From Bacteroidota bacterium (GTDB taxonomy: Bacteria; Bacteroidota; Bacteroidia; 2-12-FULL-35-15), in NCBI GenBank assembly GCA_025963715.1, contig JAOQAG010000008.1, positions 23,907 through 87,906 on the forward strand: a stretch of 64,000 bases of DNA. Reading direction: 5' to 3'. A program made the translations under genes and the position numbers. The notes beneath the pieces are model-generated. The model saw only the letters and a program-made list of their open reading frames with translations, was not told the origin of the DNA and did no database searches. Shown piece by piece: positions 18,006 through 29,700 of the stretch (the stretch's first letter is position 1; the number at the start of each line of letters is the position of its first letter).

Positions 18006-19364
18006 CTACGGAAACAACACGCCGTTACATTCCATACAATTAACCGTAGGAATCACCGAGCTGTATTTGTTGTTGATGGCTTTTATAAATTCATTCGCGA
18101 TCAGCGCGTATCCTTTTTGATTGGGATGATAACCATCCAGGCTCAGGAAACCACCGGTAACAAATTCGGCATTAAAATCCGCACCGTCCCAGATAATTCC
18201 GGTTTTAACGCTTGCCATAAACGAATGCATATCTACCAGCGCTAAATTATATTGCGCTGCTTTTTGCGCGATCACCGAATTGTAACTGCTGATGGCAGCA
18301 TCAATGGCGTATACTTCTTCACTGTCGAGTACATAACGGTCGTTGATGGTATTCACGAGCAAGCCGTACTGCTGGCATTTCATCGAATCTACAGGAGTGG
18401 AAAGTGTAATGTATTCGCCACTGTGCAGCTGGCGGAAACCACCGTTTGCATTTACATCGTCGATCACAAAACCGTTGCGGCCTGCATGAAAATTAATTTG
18501 TGTCAAGCCTGCCGGTTGGTATACATTGTTCAGATCATCCGCTTGTGATTGCGTGATGTCGGCATTGTCCCAGGCCACCAATGTGTAATAAGGAAAATTC
18601 CGGAAATCAGGAATGTTGGCGATCACACCTTTTGCGCCGTTAACGGTAAGTCCTTGTAACAACGAATCAAGATACATCGAGAATGCGGAAGAAGATGGGA
18701 TCGGTGCACTGGTACCACCGCTTGCCGCGAAATTAAAAATGTCTTCCATACCAACCCAGGCTGTAAAAAAAGTAGCATTCTGCTCTTTCGCATCCGAAAA
18801 AACAGTGGATGTTCCGGGTGTGCTGGCAATGCGGTTATAGAATGGATTTTTTTGTGCTGCAGCCGAAGAAAGATCTCCAAAAGCCGGATTAAAATAATCC
18901 GCAATGTTTGCATACGGCACTGCAAAATTCTGGATACTGTTGCCCGCTAATCCGCTCAGATAAGGAACGGCAGCCGATCCGGAAACAGTGCTGCGTAACG
19001 GAAATAAAGAAGAAACGCCCTGGCAATCGGTTTTATAACCTAAATGGCTTGCCGTGATGTAAAGGCTTTCCCAGGTTTTATCATTCAATCCCAATCCTCT
19101 GTCATCGGGCATCATTACCTGGTTAAAAGCGGTGCCGCCAACCAGTTTAAATTGTTCGGCAAGCAAGGCAGGGATACAATATTTTTGTCCTTTCTGGTAC
19201 AAGGCGCCATCCTGGTAACCGGCCATAAAATCGCCGCCGACGGCAATTGTTTTGGTAAAATTGGCATTACCGGCTTTTGGTTTTGGAACATCCAGTTCGG
19301 GAGTGCAGGACGAAATTAAAAATGTGGAAAGAAGGGATAGAAATAAGGTAGTTTTTGTTGTCAT
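18006..19364 (-). CDS. SGNH/GDSL-type hydrolase family lipoprotein
   Basis: Lipobox LISSC after signal peptide; C-terminal LDGYHPNQKGY (DxxH block of SGNH hydrolases). Confidence 0.6.
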   Translation of the reverse strand: MTTKTTLFLSLLSTFLISSCTPELDVPKPKAGNANFTKTIAVGGDFMAGYQDGALYQKGQKYCIPALLAEQFKLVGGTAFNQVMMPDDRGLGLNDKTWESLYITASHLGYKTDCQGVSSLFPLRSTVSGSAAVPYLSGLAGNSIQNFAVPYANIADYFNPAFGDLSSAAAQKNPFYNRIASTPGTSTVFSDAKEQNATFFTAWVGMEDIFNFAASGGTSAPIPSSSAFSMYLDSLLQGLTVNGAKGVIANIPDFRNFPYYTLVAWDNADITQSQADDLNNVYQPAGLTQINFHAGRNGFVIDDVNANGGFRQLHSGEYITLSTPVDSMKCQQYGLLVNTINDRYVLDSEEVYAIDAAISSYNSVIAQKAAQYNLALVDMHSFMASVKTGIIWDGADFNAEFVTGGFLSLDGYHPNQKGYALIANEFIKAINNKYSSVIPTVNCMECNGVLFP

Positions 19365-19412
19365 TATTTTTATTTTCGATTTACATTTTATAATTCGTTA
19401 CTATTTTAAGAA

Positions 19413-19555
19413 CACACCCCTAACCCCTCTCAAGAGGGGAATCTGATCCTGCATACATTTTAATTGTACACAGATTAATCACATTTGGAATACACACAGA
19501 TTCGTAGTCATCCTGAGCTTGTCGAAGGACGTTCCTGTTCGTTATCTGTATCAGG
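19413..19555. repeat. Composite intergenic repeat family B, copy 2
   Basis: cacccctaacccctctcaagaggggaatctgatcctgc ... tcatcctgagcttgtcgaaggacgttcctgttcgttatctgta. Confidence 0.8.
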
Positions 19556-19796
19556 CTATTGCTAAATTTACCGCTTCCACTGCTGTTATTTCCGGCACCG
19601 AGCGTTTGATCGTTTCTTCGATCCCCGCTTTCAGTGTCATCATGCTCATCGAGCACGATTTACAAGCACCCTGCAATTCCAGTTTTACAACATGCTCTTC
19701 TGTAATTTCCACCAATGACACATTCCCACCATCGGCCTGTAAATACGGCCTGATCTGTTCCAACGCATCTTCCACTCTTTTTACTAAATCATTCAT
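19551..19796 (-). CDS. NifU-like Fe-S cluster assembly protein (Nfu C-terminal domain type)
   Basis: LEQIRPYLQADGGNVSLVEITEEHVVKLELQGACKSCSMSMMTLKAGIE, typical Nfu/NifU C-terminal domain with CxxC. Confidence 0.85.
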   Translation of the reverse strand: MNDLVKRVEDALEQIRPYLQADGGNVSLVEITEEHVVKLELQGACKSCSMSMMTLKAGIEETIKRSVPEITAVEAVNLAIA

Positions 19797-19822
19797 AATA
19801 CTATTTTGTTTCTGAATTTTAT

Positions 19823-20914
19823 TTAATTCGGAACTAATTCCGCTTGTTTTCTTGTTGCATTTACAATGGATACCTGTTGCGCTACATTGCTCGCCATTTC
19901 CATGAAAGCCAATGCCTGCGGCGTATTGTCCTGCATTACTGCGGGGCGGCCTGCATCACCCGCTTCACAAATGCTTTGCACCAGTGGAATTTCTCCCAGT
20001 AGTGGCACACCCAGCTTTTCTGCCAGCATTTTTGCGCCGTCCTTACCAAAGATATAATATTTATTATCCGGAAGCTCAGCCGGTGTAAAATAAGCCATAT
20101 TTTCCACAATGCCCAATACCGGCACATTGATGGACGGGATCTGGAACATGCCTACTCCTTTTTGTGCATCGGCAAGCGCCACATTTTGCGGTGTGCTCAC
20201 GATCACCACGCCGTTCAACGGAATAGCACCTACCAGCGACAAGTGAATATCACCCGTTCCCGGAGGAAGATCGATGATCATGTAATCCAGTTCGCCCCAA
20301 TCGGCATCCGAAAACATTTGTGTAAGCGCTTTTACAGCCATTGGCCCGCGCCATACGATGGCTTGTGAAGTGTCTGCAAAAAAGCCGATGGATAATAATT
20401 TTACGCCGTAACTTTCAACGGGAATAATTTTGTTAACGCCGTCAATCACTTTGATCATGGGCTTTTCGTGCACTACGTCAAACATAATGGTTTGCGACGG
20501 CCCGTAAATATCGGCATCAACCAAACCTACGGAGGCACCTTGTTTTGCCAGCGCTACCGCCAGGTTGGAAGCAACAGTTGATTTACCAACTCCGCCTTTT
20601 CCGGAGGCTACGGCAATAATGTTTTTTACTTTCGGCAGCATCGGCCCGGATTTTTTTCCTCCGGTTACATCGGCTGTCATGTGAACTTTTACGATCGCTT
20701 CCTTATCCACAAAATGCAATACTGCATTTACACAGGCTTTATGGATCATTTCTTTCATCGGGCAGGCAGGAGTTGTAAGTACAACGGTAAAATTTACATT
20801 TTTGCCGTTTACTTCCAGGTCTTTTATCATGCCTAATGTTACCAGGTCTTTTTTCAGATCCGGATCATCTACATTTTTTAATGCTTCTAATACTTGTTCC
20901 TTGGTGATGCTCAT
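19823..20914 (-). CDS. apbC: Mrp/NBP35/ApbC family Fe-S cluster carrier ATPase with N-terminal DUF59
   Basis: P-loop ASGKGGVGKST, CxxC (CEAGD region), N-terminal MIP18-like domain. Confidence 0.9.
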   Translation of the reverse strand: MSITKEQVLEALKNVDDPDLKKDLVTLGMIKDLEVNGKNVNFTVVLTTPACPMKEMIHKACVNAVLHFVDKEAIVKVHMTADVTGGKKSGPMLPKVKNIIAVASGKGGVGKSTVASNLAVALAKQGASVGLVDADIYGPSQTIMFDVVHEKPMIKVIDGVNKIIPVESYGVKLLSIGFFADTSQAIVWRGPMAVKALTQMFSDADWGELDYMIIDLPPGTGDIHLSLVGAIPLNGVVIVSTPQNVALADAQKGVGMFQIPSINVPVLGIVENMAYFTPAELPDNKYYIFGKDGAKMLAEKLGVPLLGEIPLVQSICEAGDAGRPAVMQDNTPQALAFMEMASNVAQQVSIVNATRKQAELVPN

Positions 20915-20959
20915 TTTTCTTCTCTCCTACCCTTTTATTGTTGATTTTTTGGTAGTGTA

Positions 20960-21305
20960 AATATACGAAAAAATGTGGTTAGAAAAGAGAGGAATTTCTC
21001 GCAGGATTTCCGTGTGTGGTTTCTCGCAGAGGCTCGGAGAAAGCGGAGGTGGGCGTGTGCCGGGTGGTTCTCCCGCAGAGGCTGGATATATTTTCTCACA
21101 AAGACGCAAAGTTCGCAAAGGCTGTATGTTTCTGTGTGTGGTTTCTCGCAAAGGCGCGGAGAACGTGGAGGCTGGGTAGTTACTGTATGTTATTGCTTCG
21201 CGGAGATCGGATGTATTTTTGCAAACAATCTAAAGACTAATTACTAAAGACCAGCTATTTTTTCCACACAGCCTAATGACTACTTACTAAAGACTAGCTA
21301 CTGTA
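20960..21305. repeat. Tandem/composite repeat block TR (ttctcgcagaggc.cggagaa.cg.ggag units, ttctcacaaagacgcaaagttcgcaaaggc, ctaattactaaagac) upstream of apbC
   Basis: Highly similar to block 43693-44140 upstream of the rluB-like gene; single unit also at 17838-17880. Confidence 0.85.
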
Positions 21306-21748
21306 TCAGTCAATGTGGTGGTCATTTCCTGTACCCAGTTCAGCAATTTTGTTTTTTGCTCTTCAGTAAGTGGCGCATCCGTATGGATCCAGGTATAGGA
21401 ACTCATCGGCATTTCGCCTTCGGTGATCTGTTCCCTGATCTCTTTCAGTTTATGCAGCTTGCGTTTGAGTGGATAGGTTTTAAATTCGGAAAAATTCAGC
21501 TCATGTTTTCCTTCATTTACATGATGATTGAGCCACCAGCCAACCGGCTGAATGTGCGTGTACCAGGGGTAATCCGTATGGTCGGAATGGCAATCGTAAC
21601 AGGATGTTTTTAAGATCTGCGAAATTTCTGCAGAAGCGGTAATACTGTTCTCTCCCTCTCCAATCCCTGCATTTTCGGTTGGTTGAAACAGCTGTATAAA
21701 AATAAGTACAGCGATCAGCGTATAGACGATTCTTTTTTTCCTGCTCAT
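21287..21748 (-). CDS. Heme-binding domain protein (cytochrome c-like, single CxxCH)
   Basis: N-terminal TM anchor, CYDCH heme c attachment motif followed by PWYTHIQPVGWW pattern of Haem_bd-type proteins. Confidence 0.55.
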   Translation of the reverse strand: MSRKKRIVYTLIAVLIFIQLFQPTENAGIGEGENSITASAEISQILKTSCYDCHSDHTDYPWYTHIQPVGWWLNHHVNEGKHELNFSEFKTYPLKRKLHKLKEIREQITEGEMPMSSYTWIHTDAPLTEEQKTKLLNWVQEMTTTLTDTVASL

Positions 21749-22650
21749 AATTCCTTTTTATCAAAATCGAAACGGATGCGGTATGCTATGCCTACATTGA
21801 ACAAAGCATAACTTTTCATTGGTGTGTACACAGGGTTTACATCCGTCGTGTTTTTTGTATTGTACGTGTATTGCCATGGATTTTTTCCCAGCGTATAACC
21901 CGCTTCCGCGAACAGCATAATCTTTTTGTACACAAACCAGTTAACAAATATTTTTAATTCCTCTTCGTTATAACGCACGTAATCGTAGTTATTTGCTCCA
22001 GATAAGCGGAATGATCGTGTGAATGATTTAAAGTTTAATCCGGTATACAATTTATATTTCATGATCGTATATTCCGCCCAGTAATTGGAGGGGATTATAC
22101 CGTAAAAATACAAACGATCATTCACTTTCCAGTCGAGCCCCACCAGCGGCATAAAAAAATTACCGAACGCTTCACGGTTGTAATACAAGCCCAGCTTAAA
22201 TTTTAAATTGTCGTTGCGCACATATTGCTGCAGAAAAATTCCGCCTAACTGGTAATCCTTATCGTTGATCTTACTTCTGAAATCACAAGCGATTTTCGGA
22301 ATGCCGATCAGGATCGTTTCCCATTTTTTATTTTTTGTCACAAACTTAAATCCCAATGGAAGCGAGATCGCGGAAAGCCGGTACGAATAGGATGAATCGG
22401 GAGAAGTAGTGGAATTAATCGTTTCAGTGTTCAGCCGGATCAACAATGTATTTCCGTTTTTAAATACTTTCGGTAGAAAAAAATTCAGAACATAATCGTC
22501 GGTTTTATTTTTTTGCTGCCGCGAATTTTGTTCTGATTTATAAGGTGATGAAAACGTTTGGTAACTGGCACTTACCACATCCGCGAAAGGTTGAGCGGTG
22601 ATTTTATTCAAAAGAAAGATAAGAGTAATAAATAGTAAGTATTTTTTCAT
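21745..22650 (-). CDS. Putative outer-membrane beta-barrel protein (hypothetical)
   Basis: Signal peptide MKKYLLFITLIFLLNKITAQ from ATG 22650. The track start 22671 is a TTG lying inside the SAE repeat. Alternating-hydrophobic C-terminus ending with an aromatic residue, then two more (...IRFDFDKKEL). 4-nt ATGA overlap with the heme-binding gene. Confidence 0.45.
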   Translation of the reverse strand: MKKYLLFITLIFLLNKITAQPFADVVSASYQTFSSPYKSEQNSRQQKNKTDDYVLNFFLPKVFKNGNTLLIRLNTETINSTTSPDSSYSYRLSAISLPLGFKFVTKNKKWETILIGIPKIACDFRSKINDKDYQLGGIFLQQYVRNDNLKFKLGLYYNREAFGNFFMPLVGLDWKVNDRLYFYGIIPSNYWAEYTIMKYKLYTGLNFKSFTRSFRLSGANNYDYVRYNEEELKIFVNWFVYKKIMLFAEAGYTLGKNPWQYTYNTKNTTDVNPVYTPMKSYALFNVGIAYRIRFDFDKKEL

Positions 22651-22654
22651 ATTA

Positions 22655-22790
22655 ACTTTTAAAAAGTTCAAGGTTCAAAGTTCAAAGTTTTGCTGTGTTT
22701 GTTTCTATATTTAAAGGTTGAACATCCACAGTATTGCAAGTCTGGCATCTGCGCAAAGCTAACCTTGAACCTTGAACTTTGAACCAAAAA
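22655..22790. repeat. Inverted pair of SAE elements forming a ~135-nt potential stem-loop between porP-like stop and next gene start
   Basis: aaagttcaaggttcaaagttcaaagttttgctgtg ... ggcatctgcgcaaagctaaccttgaaccttgaactttgaacc. Confidence 0.8.
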
Positions 22791-22793
22791 AAC

Positions 22794-23720
22794 TTATTGC
22801 ATTTTAGCTGAGCTTCCTCTTTCCGGCGTTTTGTGAAATTTAATTCCGATCATGATTTCGTGCGTTCCCGTGCTGTATTTTTTAATAGCCGTGGTTGTAA
22901 AATCATACGAATAGGCAAACGTAATGTTTTCCTGCAGCGTGTAACCAATCATCGCCGACATTGCATCCAGGTAACGGAAAGCGCCGCCCAGCCATAATTT
23001 ATCTTTGTAGATGGCACGCAATCCAATATCAAATTGTACCGGTGCCGGGCTTACAAATTTTACACAGGTGGAAGGCTCCACTTTAAAATCATTGCCGAGG
23101 TAAAACTGGTAACCGGCCGTTACATAATAATGTGTTGCCAGCCTGCTCAAACCGGTGTTGGTATAATCGTAAAATTTAATGCGGTTTTGTGTGACCTGCG
23201 GAACGCTTGCGCCGATGTACCATTTGTGATCCGTAGAATACGCATAAACACCTGCGCCAAAATCAGGGATCAACACCGATTCCACACCGCTGCTGATCAC
23301 ATTGTCGTGCGGATCGTGCAGCGTAATTTTAGAACCATCCACCATAAATTGTAAAATACCGCCCGAAAGTCCTAAGGATAAACGTACTTTTTGCGACAGC
23401 TTTAAATGATAGGCGTATGATAAATACAAACCTGTGCGTCTTGTCGGGCCAACAATATCCGTAAACAACAAACCACCCAATCCCACATTCTGATTTTTTG
23501 TAGGCCCGTTCACACTCAGCATATACGTACGTGGCGCATCCGTGATCCCGATCCACTGGTAACGGTTATTCGACATCGCCTCAAAATACGGATGGCTGCC
23601 GCCGATCGCCGGGTTCATCGGATAATCATTCAGCATGTAATTGCTGTAAAGCGGCAATTGCTGTGCCCGCAGATCCGCTACAGCTGCAATAAATAAGAGT
23701 ATCGCTATTATTTTTTTCAC
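22794..23720 (-). CDS. sprF: PorP/SprF family type IX secretion system membrane protein (cognate of the adjacent type-B CTD adhesin)
   Basis: Signal peptide (M)KKIIAILLFIAAVADLRAQQ then LPLYSNYMLNDYPMNPAIGGS..., typical PorP/SprF N-terminus; GTG starts at 23753 (track) or 23720 (better signal peptide). Confidence 0.8.
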   Translation of the reverse strand: MKKIIAILLFIAAVADLRAQQLPLYSNYMLNDYPMNPAIGGSHPYFEAMSNNRYQWIGITDAPRTYMLSVNGPTKNQNVGLGGLLFTDIVGPTRRTGLYLSYAYHLKLSQKVRLSLGLSGGILQFMVDGSKITLHDPHDNVISSGVESVLIPDFGAGVYAYSTDHKWYIGASVPQVTQNRIKFYDYTNTGLSRLATHYYVTAGYQFYLGNDFKVEPSTCVKFVSPAPVQFDIGLRAIYKDKLWLGGAFRYLDAMSAMIGYTLQENITFAYSYDFTTTAIKKYSTGTHEIMIGIKFHKTPERGSSAKMQ

Positions 23721-23783
23721 CTTGTAATTTTTTAAAATTCTTTTTTCACACACATTTTATCTCCTGGTTTGCAACATAAAATG

Positions 23784-26700
23784 TTAGCGCAATATTGTGA
23801 TCGGGCCTGTGTAAGCATCCGGAAACAAAGGGTCTCCAAGATCGATGATGTAATAATACGTTCCCACAGGCAGGTCTTTTCCTTTGTAAACGCCTTTCCA
23901 GTGCTCTTTGTAGCCCGGCGACTGGAATAGCAATTCGCCCCAGCGGTTATACACCTCAACAGTACAGTTCGGGAACATTTCTATTCCATCGATCAGCCAT
24001 TCATCATTGTCACCATCATTATTCGGAGAAATTCCATCCGGGATTTTGATCGTAGGCAATACCGTTACCAGTACCGAATCCGAAGCAATACAGCCTTGCG
24101 CCGATGTGATCGTTACCGTATAAAGCGTAGTGGTTACAGGCGTTGCGATCGGGTTAAATGCTGTTGCATTATCCAATCCCGGCAACGGTGTCCACATCGC
24201 AGTTGCTCCTGAGGCAGTCGTAGTCGGGCTTCCGCCGATCGGTGTGCTTTGCGCGATCACGATCGATACATCCGGTCCGGCACTCGCTGTTGGCAATGCA
24301 TTGGAGATCACCGTAATTGTATCATTATCCGTACAGCCGGTTCCATTATCCACCATCACGTAATAATCCGTTATACCAATTGGCGGCGCCACCGAAACGT
24401 TAGAAGTATTTCCAACGCTGGTATTTGCAGGTATTTCAAACCATTGGTAATTCACTCCGTTCACACTTCCCGATGCATTCAGCACGATCGAACCATTCTG
24501 GCAGAAGCTGGTATCATTGCCAGCAGCGGCAATCACCGACTGGCTTGGTGTCAGCACCGTAGTATCTGAAACCGTACAACCATTTCCATCGGTTACATTC
24601 ACCGTATATGTTCCCCCCAATATTCCGCTCAGATCTTCCGTAATTGCTGTTGATCCGCCACTCCATTGATAGCTGTACGTGGATGTTCCGCCACCTACCG
24701 TCACATCGATCGAACCGTCAGCAATAGTATTACAGCTTGGATTCACAGACGTGCTGCTGATCGTTAATGCAGTGGTTTGCGAAAGCACCGTTGATTGTGT
24801 TGCCGTACAACCATTGCCATCCGTAACCGTAACAGTATAGGTATTTGCAGTCAGGCCGGTTGCCGTTAAGCCGCTTCCGCCGGATGGTGTCCATGCGTAT
24901 GAATATGCTAATGTACCGCCCGATGGAATTACCGTGATGGTGCCCGATGTATCTCCGTTACACAATGGATTGGTTGCATTTACAAGACTGAACACAATTG
25001 GTGTTGGTTGCGTTAACGAAACTGTTCCCACTGCCACACAACCGTTGGCACCCGTTACTTCTACCGCATAATTTCCGGCACACAATGCTGTTGCAACCGG
25101 TGTGGTTTGCAATCCTAAATCGTTCCAGGAATAAGCGTATGGTGCTGTACCGCCCGTGGCTACTACCGTTGCAGTTCCATTGCAGAAAGCGTTACAGCTA
25201 ATATTAGTGGACGTAATGGCAAGCGAAGATGCGTTGAAATTGCTCAACGGGATCACTACATTTACCACACAACCATTGGCATCCGTGATCTGTACGGAAT
25301 AAATACCCGCGCATAAATTTGTTAATGTCAATGCAGTTGAACCGGTATTCCACAATATCGTATACGGTGCCATTCCGCCCGATGGTGCAATCGTAATTGT
25401 TCCGTCACATACGCCGCATGCAGCAGCAGTGATCGTTTGATTGGCGAGAATCGCAGCTGGTTGTGTAATAGTAACAGAATCCAGGCGCGAACAACCGCTG
25501 GAATCGGTTACCTCCACAAAATAAATACCTGCAGACAAGCCGCTCAATGTTGCTGTGGTTTGTCCGCCCGCAATCCAAAAATAAGTATACGGAGGAGTTC
25601 CACCGCTTGGCGTTACGCCTGTAACAGCTCCGTTAGCACTACCGTTGCAGGTAACGTTGGTAGCTGTGATCGCAATGCCGGTTGGCCCGCTTGTATTGTT
25701 TACAGGAATTGCAGCACTGTTTACACAACCGTTCGCATCCGTAATGTTTACCGTGTATAAACCGGAACATAAGTTGGTGGCAGTTGCTGTGGTTTGTCCA
25801 TTGCTCCATAAATAATTGTATGGTGCTGCACCACCGCTTGGCGTTAATACTGCCGAACCGTTGCACACACCGCAGGTTGCATCCGTGATCACAGGATTGG
25901 CAGCTACCGGCGGAGTTGCAGTAATGGTTGTATTTAATGTAACAGAGCAGCCATTTGCATCGGTGATCGTTACCGAATAATTTCCGGCGCACAATGCCGT
26001 TGCAGTATCGTTTGTTTGTCCGGCAGCATCGTTCCATTGAATGTTATATGGTGCCGTACCTGATGTAATTGTTACATGCGCTGTTCCGTTGCAAACATTC
26101 GAACACGAAATATTCGTTGAGCCGATCGTGGCAGCCAATGGCGCCGATTGTGTGACCGTAAACGAATCTGTTTTTGTACACAGGTGCGCATCCGTAATGA
26201 CTACCGTATACGTACCCGGACATAATCCTGTAACGTTTGCTGTGCCTTGTCCCGTAATCGCTCCGGGCGTCCATACATACGTATAACCCGGCGTGCCACC
26301 TGTTGTTGCAAGCGAAATGGCACCGGTGCACACATTGCTGCAGATCGCACTGGTAATGCTGGCATTGGACAGGATCGGAGCCGGTTGGTTGATCGTTACC
26401 GGGCTAAAGTGAATACAAGTATTGGAATCGGTGATCTGCACAAAATAATTTCCGGCGCATAAGCTTGTTGCCGTATCATTTGCTGTTGGCGGCGGGCCGT
26501 TGTTCCATAAAAAATTGAATGGCGCTACACCACCTATCGGAACTACCGATCCCGAACCGTTGCAAAAACTATTACACGATACATCTATCGTAGATACTGT
26601 TTCTCCGGTTACACCACCGGAGTTGTTCATCGGAATAATAAATGTGGAATCACAACCATTTGCATCCGTTACCGTGATGTTGTATAATCCTGCACAAATG

Positions 26701-29700
26701 TTGGTTCCGTTTGGCGTGCCCTGGCCGGTTACCGCAGGCGACCATACGTAGGTATAAGGCGTTTGTCCCGTGATCGGCGAAATGGTGATGGAACCGTTAC
26801 AAACACCGCAATTGGCCGGTGTACTTCCCGAAACAATGCTTAACTGCGGCGGATTTGCAACAACAACCGTTTGTGTGTCCTTACAATTTTTTGTGTCAGT
26901 TACTATTACCGTATAGGTTGCAGGGCAAAGTCCGCTTACTATTGGTGTAATTGCCGCTCCCGGCGACCATGAATAAGTATATCCTGCAGTTCCGCCAACC
27001 GGCGTAGCTGTTACCGTTCCGTTACAGCTGTTGTTACAGGTTGGGCTTGTACTTGTTGGGTTTGCATTCAATGTCGGCGGATCAATCAGCGTTATGTTTT
27101 GATTGCGCGCACAACCCAGTGAATCGGTGATCGTAAGCACATACGCACCCGCACACAATGCAGTGGCGTTTGGCGTGCCCTGCCCGGTAATGACTCCCGG
27201 CGACCAGTTGTAAGTATACGGTGCAGTTCCACCAGTAGGTGCTGCTGTAGCCGTTCCGTTACAGGCGCTGTTACAAGTCGAATTTGTTGTTGTTACTGCC
27301 GGTACAATAGCTCCCGGCTGTGTGATCACTACCGGAGGCGGCGTGGATGCACAACCATTTGCATCGGTCACCACCGGGTTGTAGCTCCCGGCACACAATC
27401 CGGAAGCCGTATCATTGCTGATGGCTCCCGGCGACCAGGAATATCCGTAAGGGATTGTTCCACCGGTTGCTGTAACGATAGCAATTCCATCGCAGACGCC
27501 ATTACAGGATGCATTTACCTGGCTGGTAGATGCAAAAAGCGGCGGCGGTTCTGTGATGTTTACTGTGTCTTTTGCAGTACAACCGTTACCATCTGTAAGT
27601 GTAACAATGTATTGGTTCGGACAAAGATTTACAATGTTTGGTAATACAATCGCAGGCGGCTGATTGGTCCAGCTGTAGCTATAACCCGATCCGGAGCCGC
27701 CCGAAGGCGTTGCCGTTGCTGTTCCGTCGCAGTTAAAGGCACAGCGCACATTGGTAGATGACAATGTTACCACAAGCATTGGTGGCGCTGTGATCGTGAT
27801 GATCAGTGTAGAATCACAACCGTTTGTATCCGTAACAATTACCGTATAAGAACCTGCGCACAAACCGGAAATGGTTGGAGTAGTTGCTCCACCCGGTGAC
27901 CATGCATAACTATAGCCCGGTGTACCGCCGGTTGTATTCAACGTAATGCTTCCGTTACAGGATCCGCCGCAGCTTTCATTTACCACAACCGGATTTGGTG
28001 AGATCAGTGTAGGGTTATTCACTGTTGCGGTATCCAGCCTGATACAGCCTGCAACATCCGTTACCGTGATGGTGTAAGTTGTTGTTCCGCACAGGGAAAT
28101 AACTGCATTTGTTCCATCGCCGGTTGGATTTCCGGGAGTCCAGTTGTATAAATAACCGCCTGCTCCACCGCTTGCCGTTACTGTAGCCGTTCCGTTGCAT
28201 GCATTGTGGCACGTTACATTTGTATGCGCCATAGTAAGGTTCGGCCCGTTCACATTGTTCAATATATAACTGAAAGTGAAAGAACAGCTGGAACCGTCTG
28301 TGATCACTAATGAATAAGCCCCCGGTAATAAATTGATCAGCGATGGTGTACCTTGCCCGGTAAGTGCTCCCGGGCCCGACCACACATAAGTATATGACCC
28401 GGAGCCGCCGGTTGGGGCAACCGTAATGCTTCCATCGGCAAGCAAACAATTGGCATCTGTAATGGTCACGTTATCCAGCACCAACGTTGGCTCAGTGACC
28501 GTAACGATAGCTGTATCCGAACAACCGCCTGCATCCGTTGCTGTAAAAGTATAAGTTCCTGCACATAAGCCCGAAACCGCTGCAGTTGTTTGTCCGCCCG
28601 GCATCCATAAATAAGTGAACGCTCCGTTTCCGCCGCTGGCCGTTCCGTTAGCCGTTCCGTTACAGCTACCACCACAGGTAGCGTTGGTATGCGTTGCCGA
28701 AACACTTAGCACCGGTGGATTTGTAAACACCACTATCGCTGTATTCAAGCAACCGTTGGCATCTACTACCGTAACCGTGTAGCTTCCGGCACATAAGCCG
28801 GTTGCTGTCTGGCTGGTAGAAACCGTTCCAGTCGAATCCACCCATAAATAGTTGTATGGCGCTAACCCGCCCCCGGCATTTGCCGTAGCAATTCCATCGC
28901 ATGCACCGGCACAGCTCAGTGTTGTATTGGATGTGGTGATGGTGATGGTGATCGTTTGCATGATCGTTACCACGCTGGATGCGGTACAACCGTGTGCATC
29001 AGTTACAGTAACGGTATATGTCATATTCGGGCATAACCCGATAGCGGTAGGTGTACTTTGTCCGCCCGGCGCCCATGAATAATTGTACGGAGGCGTGCCA
29101 CCCGCTGCTGTTACTGTTGCTGTTCCGTTACATACGTTACAGCTGGAAGTGGATCCGGTGATCGGGGCACTTAAAACAGCAGGCTGCGTAATGATTACGG
29201 GCTGACTGCTCGTGCAGCCATTTCCATCGGTGGTTACCAGCGTATAACTGCCTGCGCATAATCCGGTAATGGTTGGTGTACCATCTCCTGCAGGAGTTCC
29301 GGGCAACCAATTGTAAGTATATCCTCCCGAGCCGCCAATTGCGGAGGATGCTGCGGATCCGTTACACAAGCCTGCACACGTCACATTGCTTGCCACAACA
29401 GGGTTTCCGAGTACCTGCGTGGGCGTATTAACAATTACCGTGTTGGTAAGCATACAGCCGTTTGCATCTTTTACAGTTACTGTATATGTTCCGGCGCATA
29501 AACCGGTAATCGATGGAGTTATTTGTCCGCCCGGAGCCCAGGAATACGTATAACCGGGAGTTCCGCCACCGGCAATCACAGAGGCTGTTCCATTGCACAA
29601 GCCAAAACATGTAACATCCGTAGAGCTGGAAACTACCGTCAATGGCGTTGGTTGGCTGATGGTAACGTTTGCCGTTGCCGGACAACCATTCAAATCCGTT

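Noticed and set aside
22651-22671. TTG-initiated N-terminal extension of ORF 21745..22671
   Set aside because: Lies inside the SAE repeat; ATG at 22650 is followed by a canonical signal peptide.
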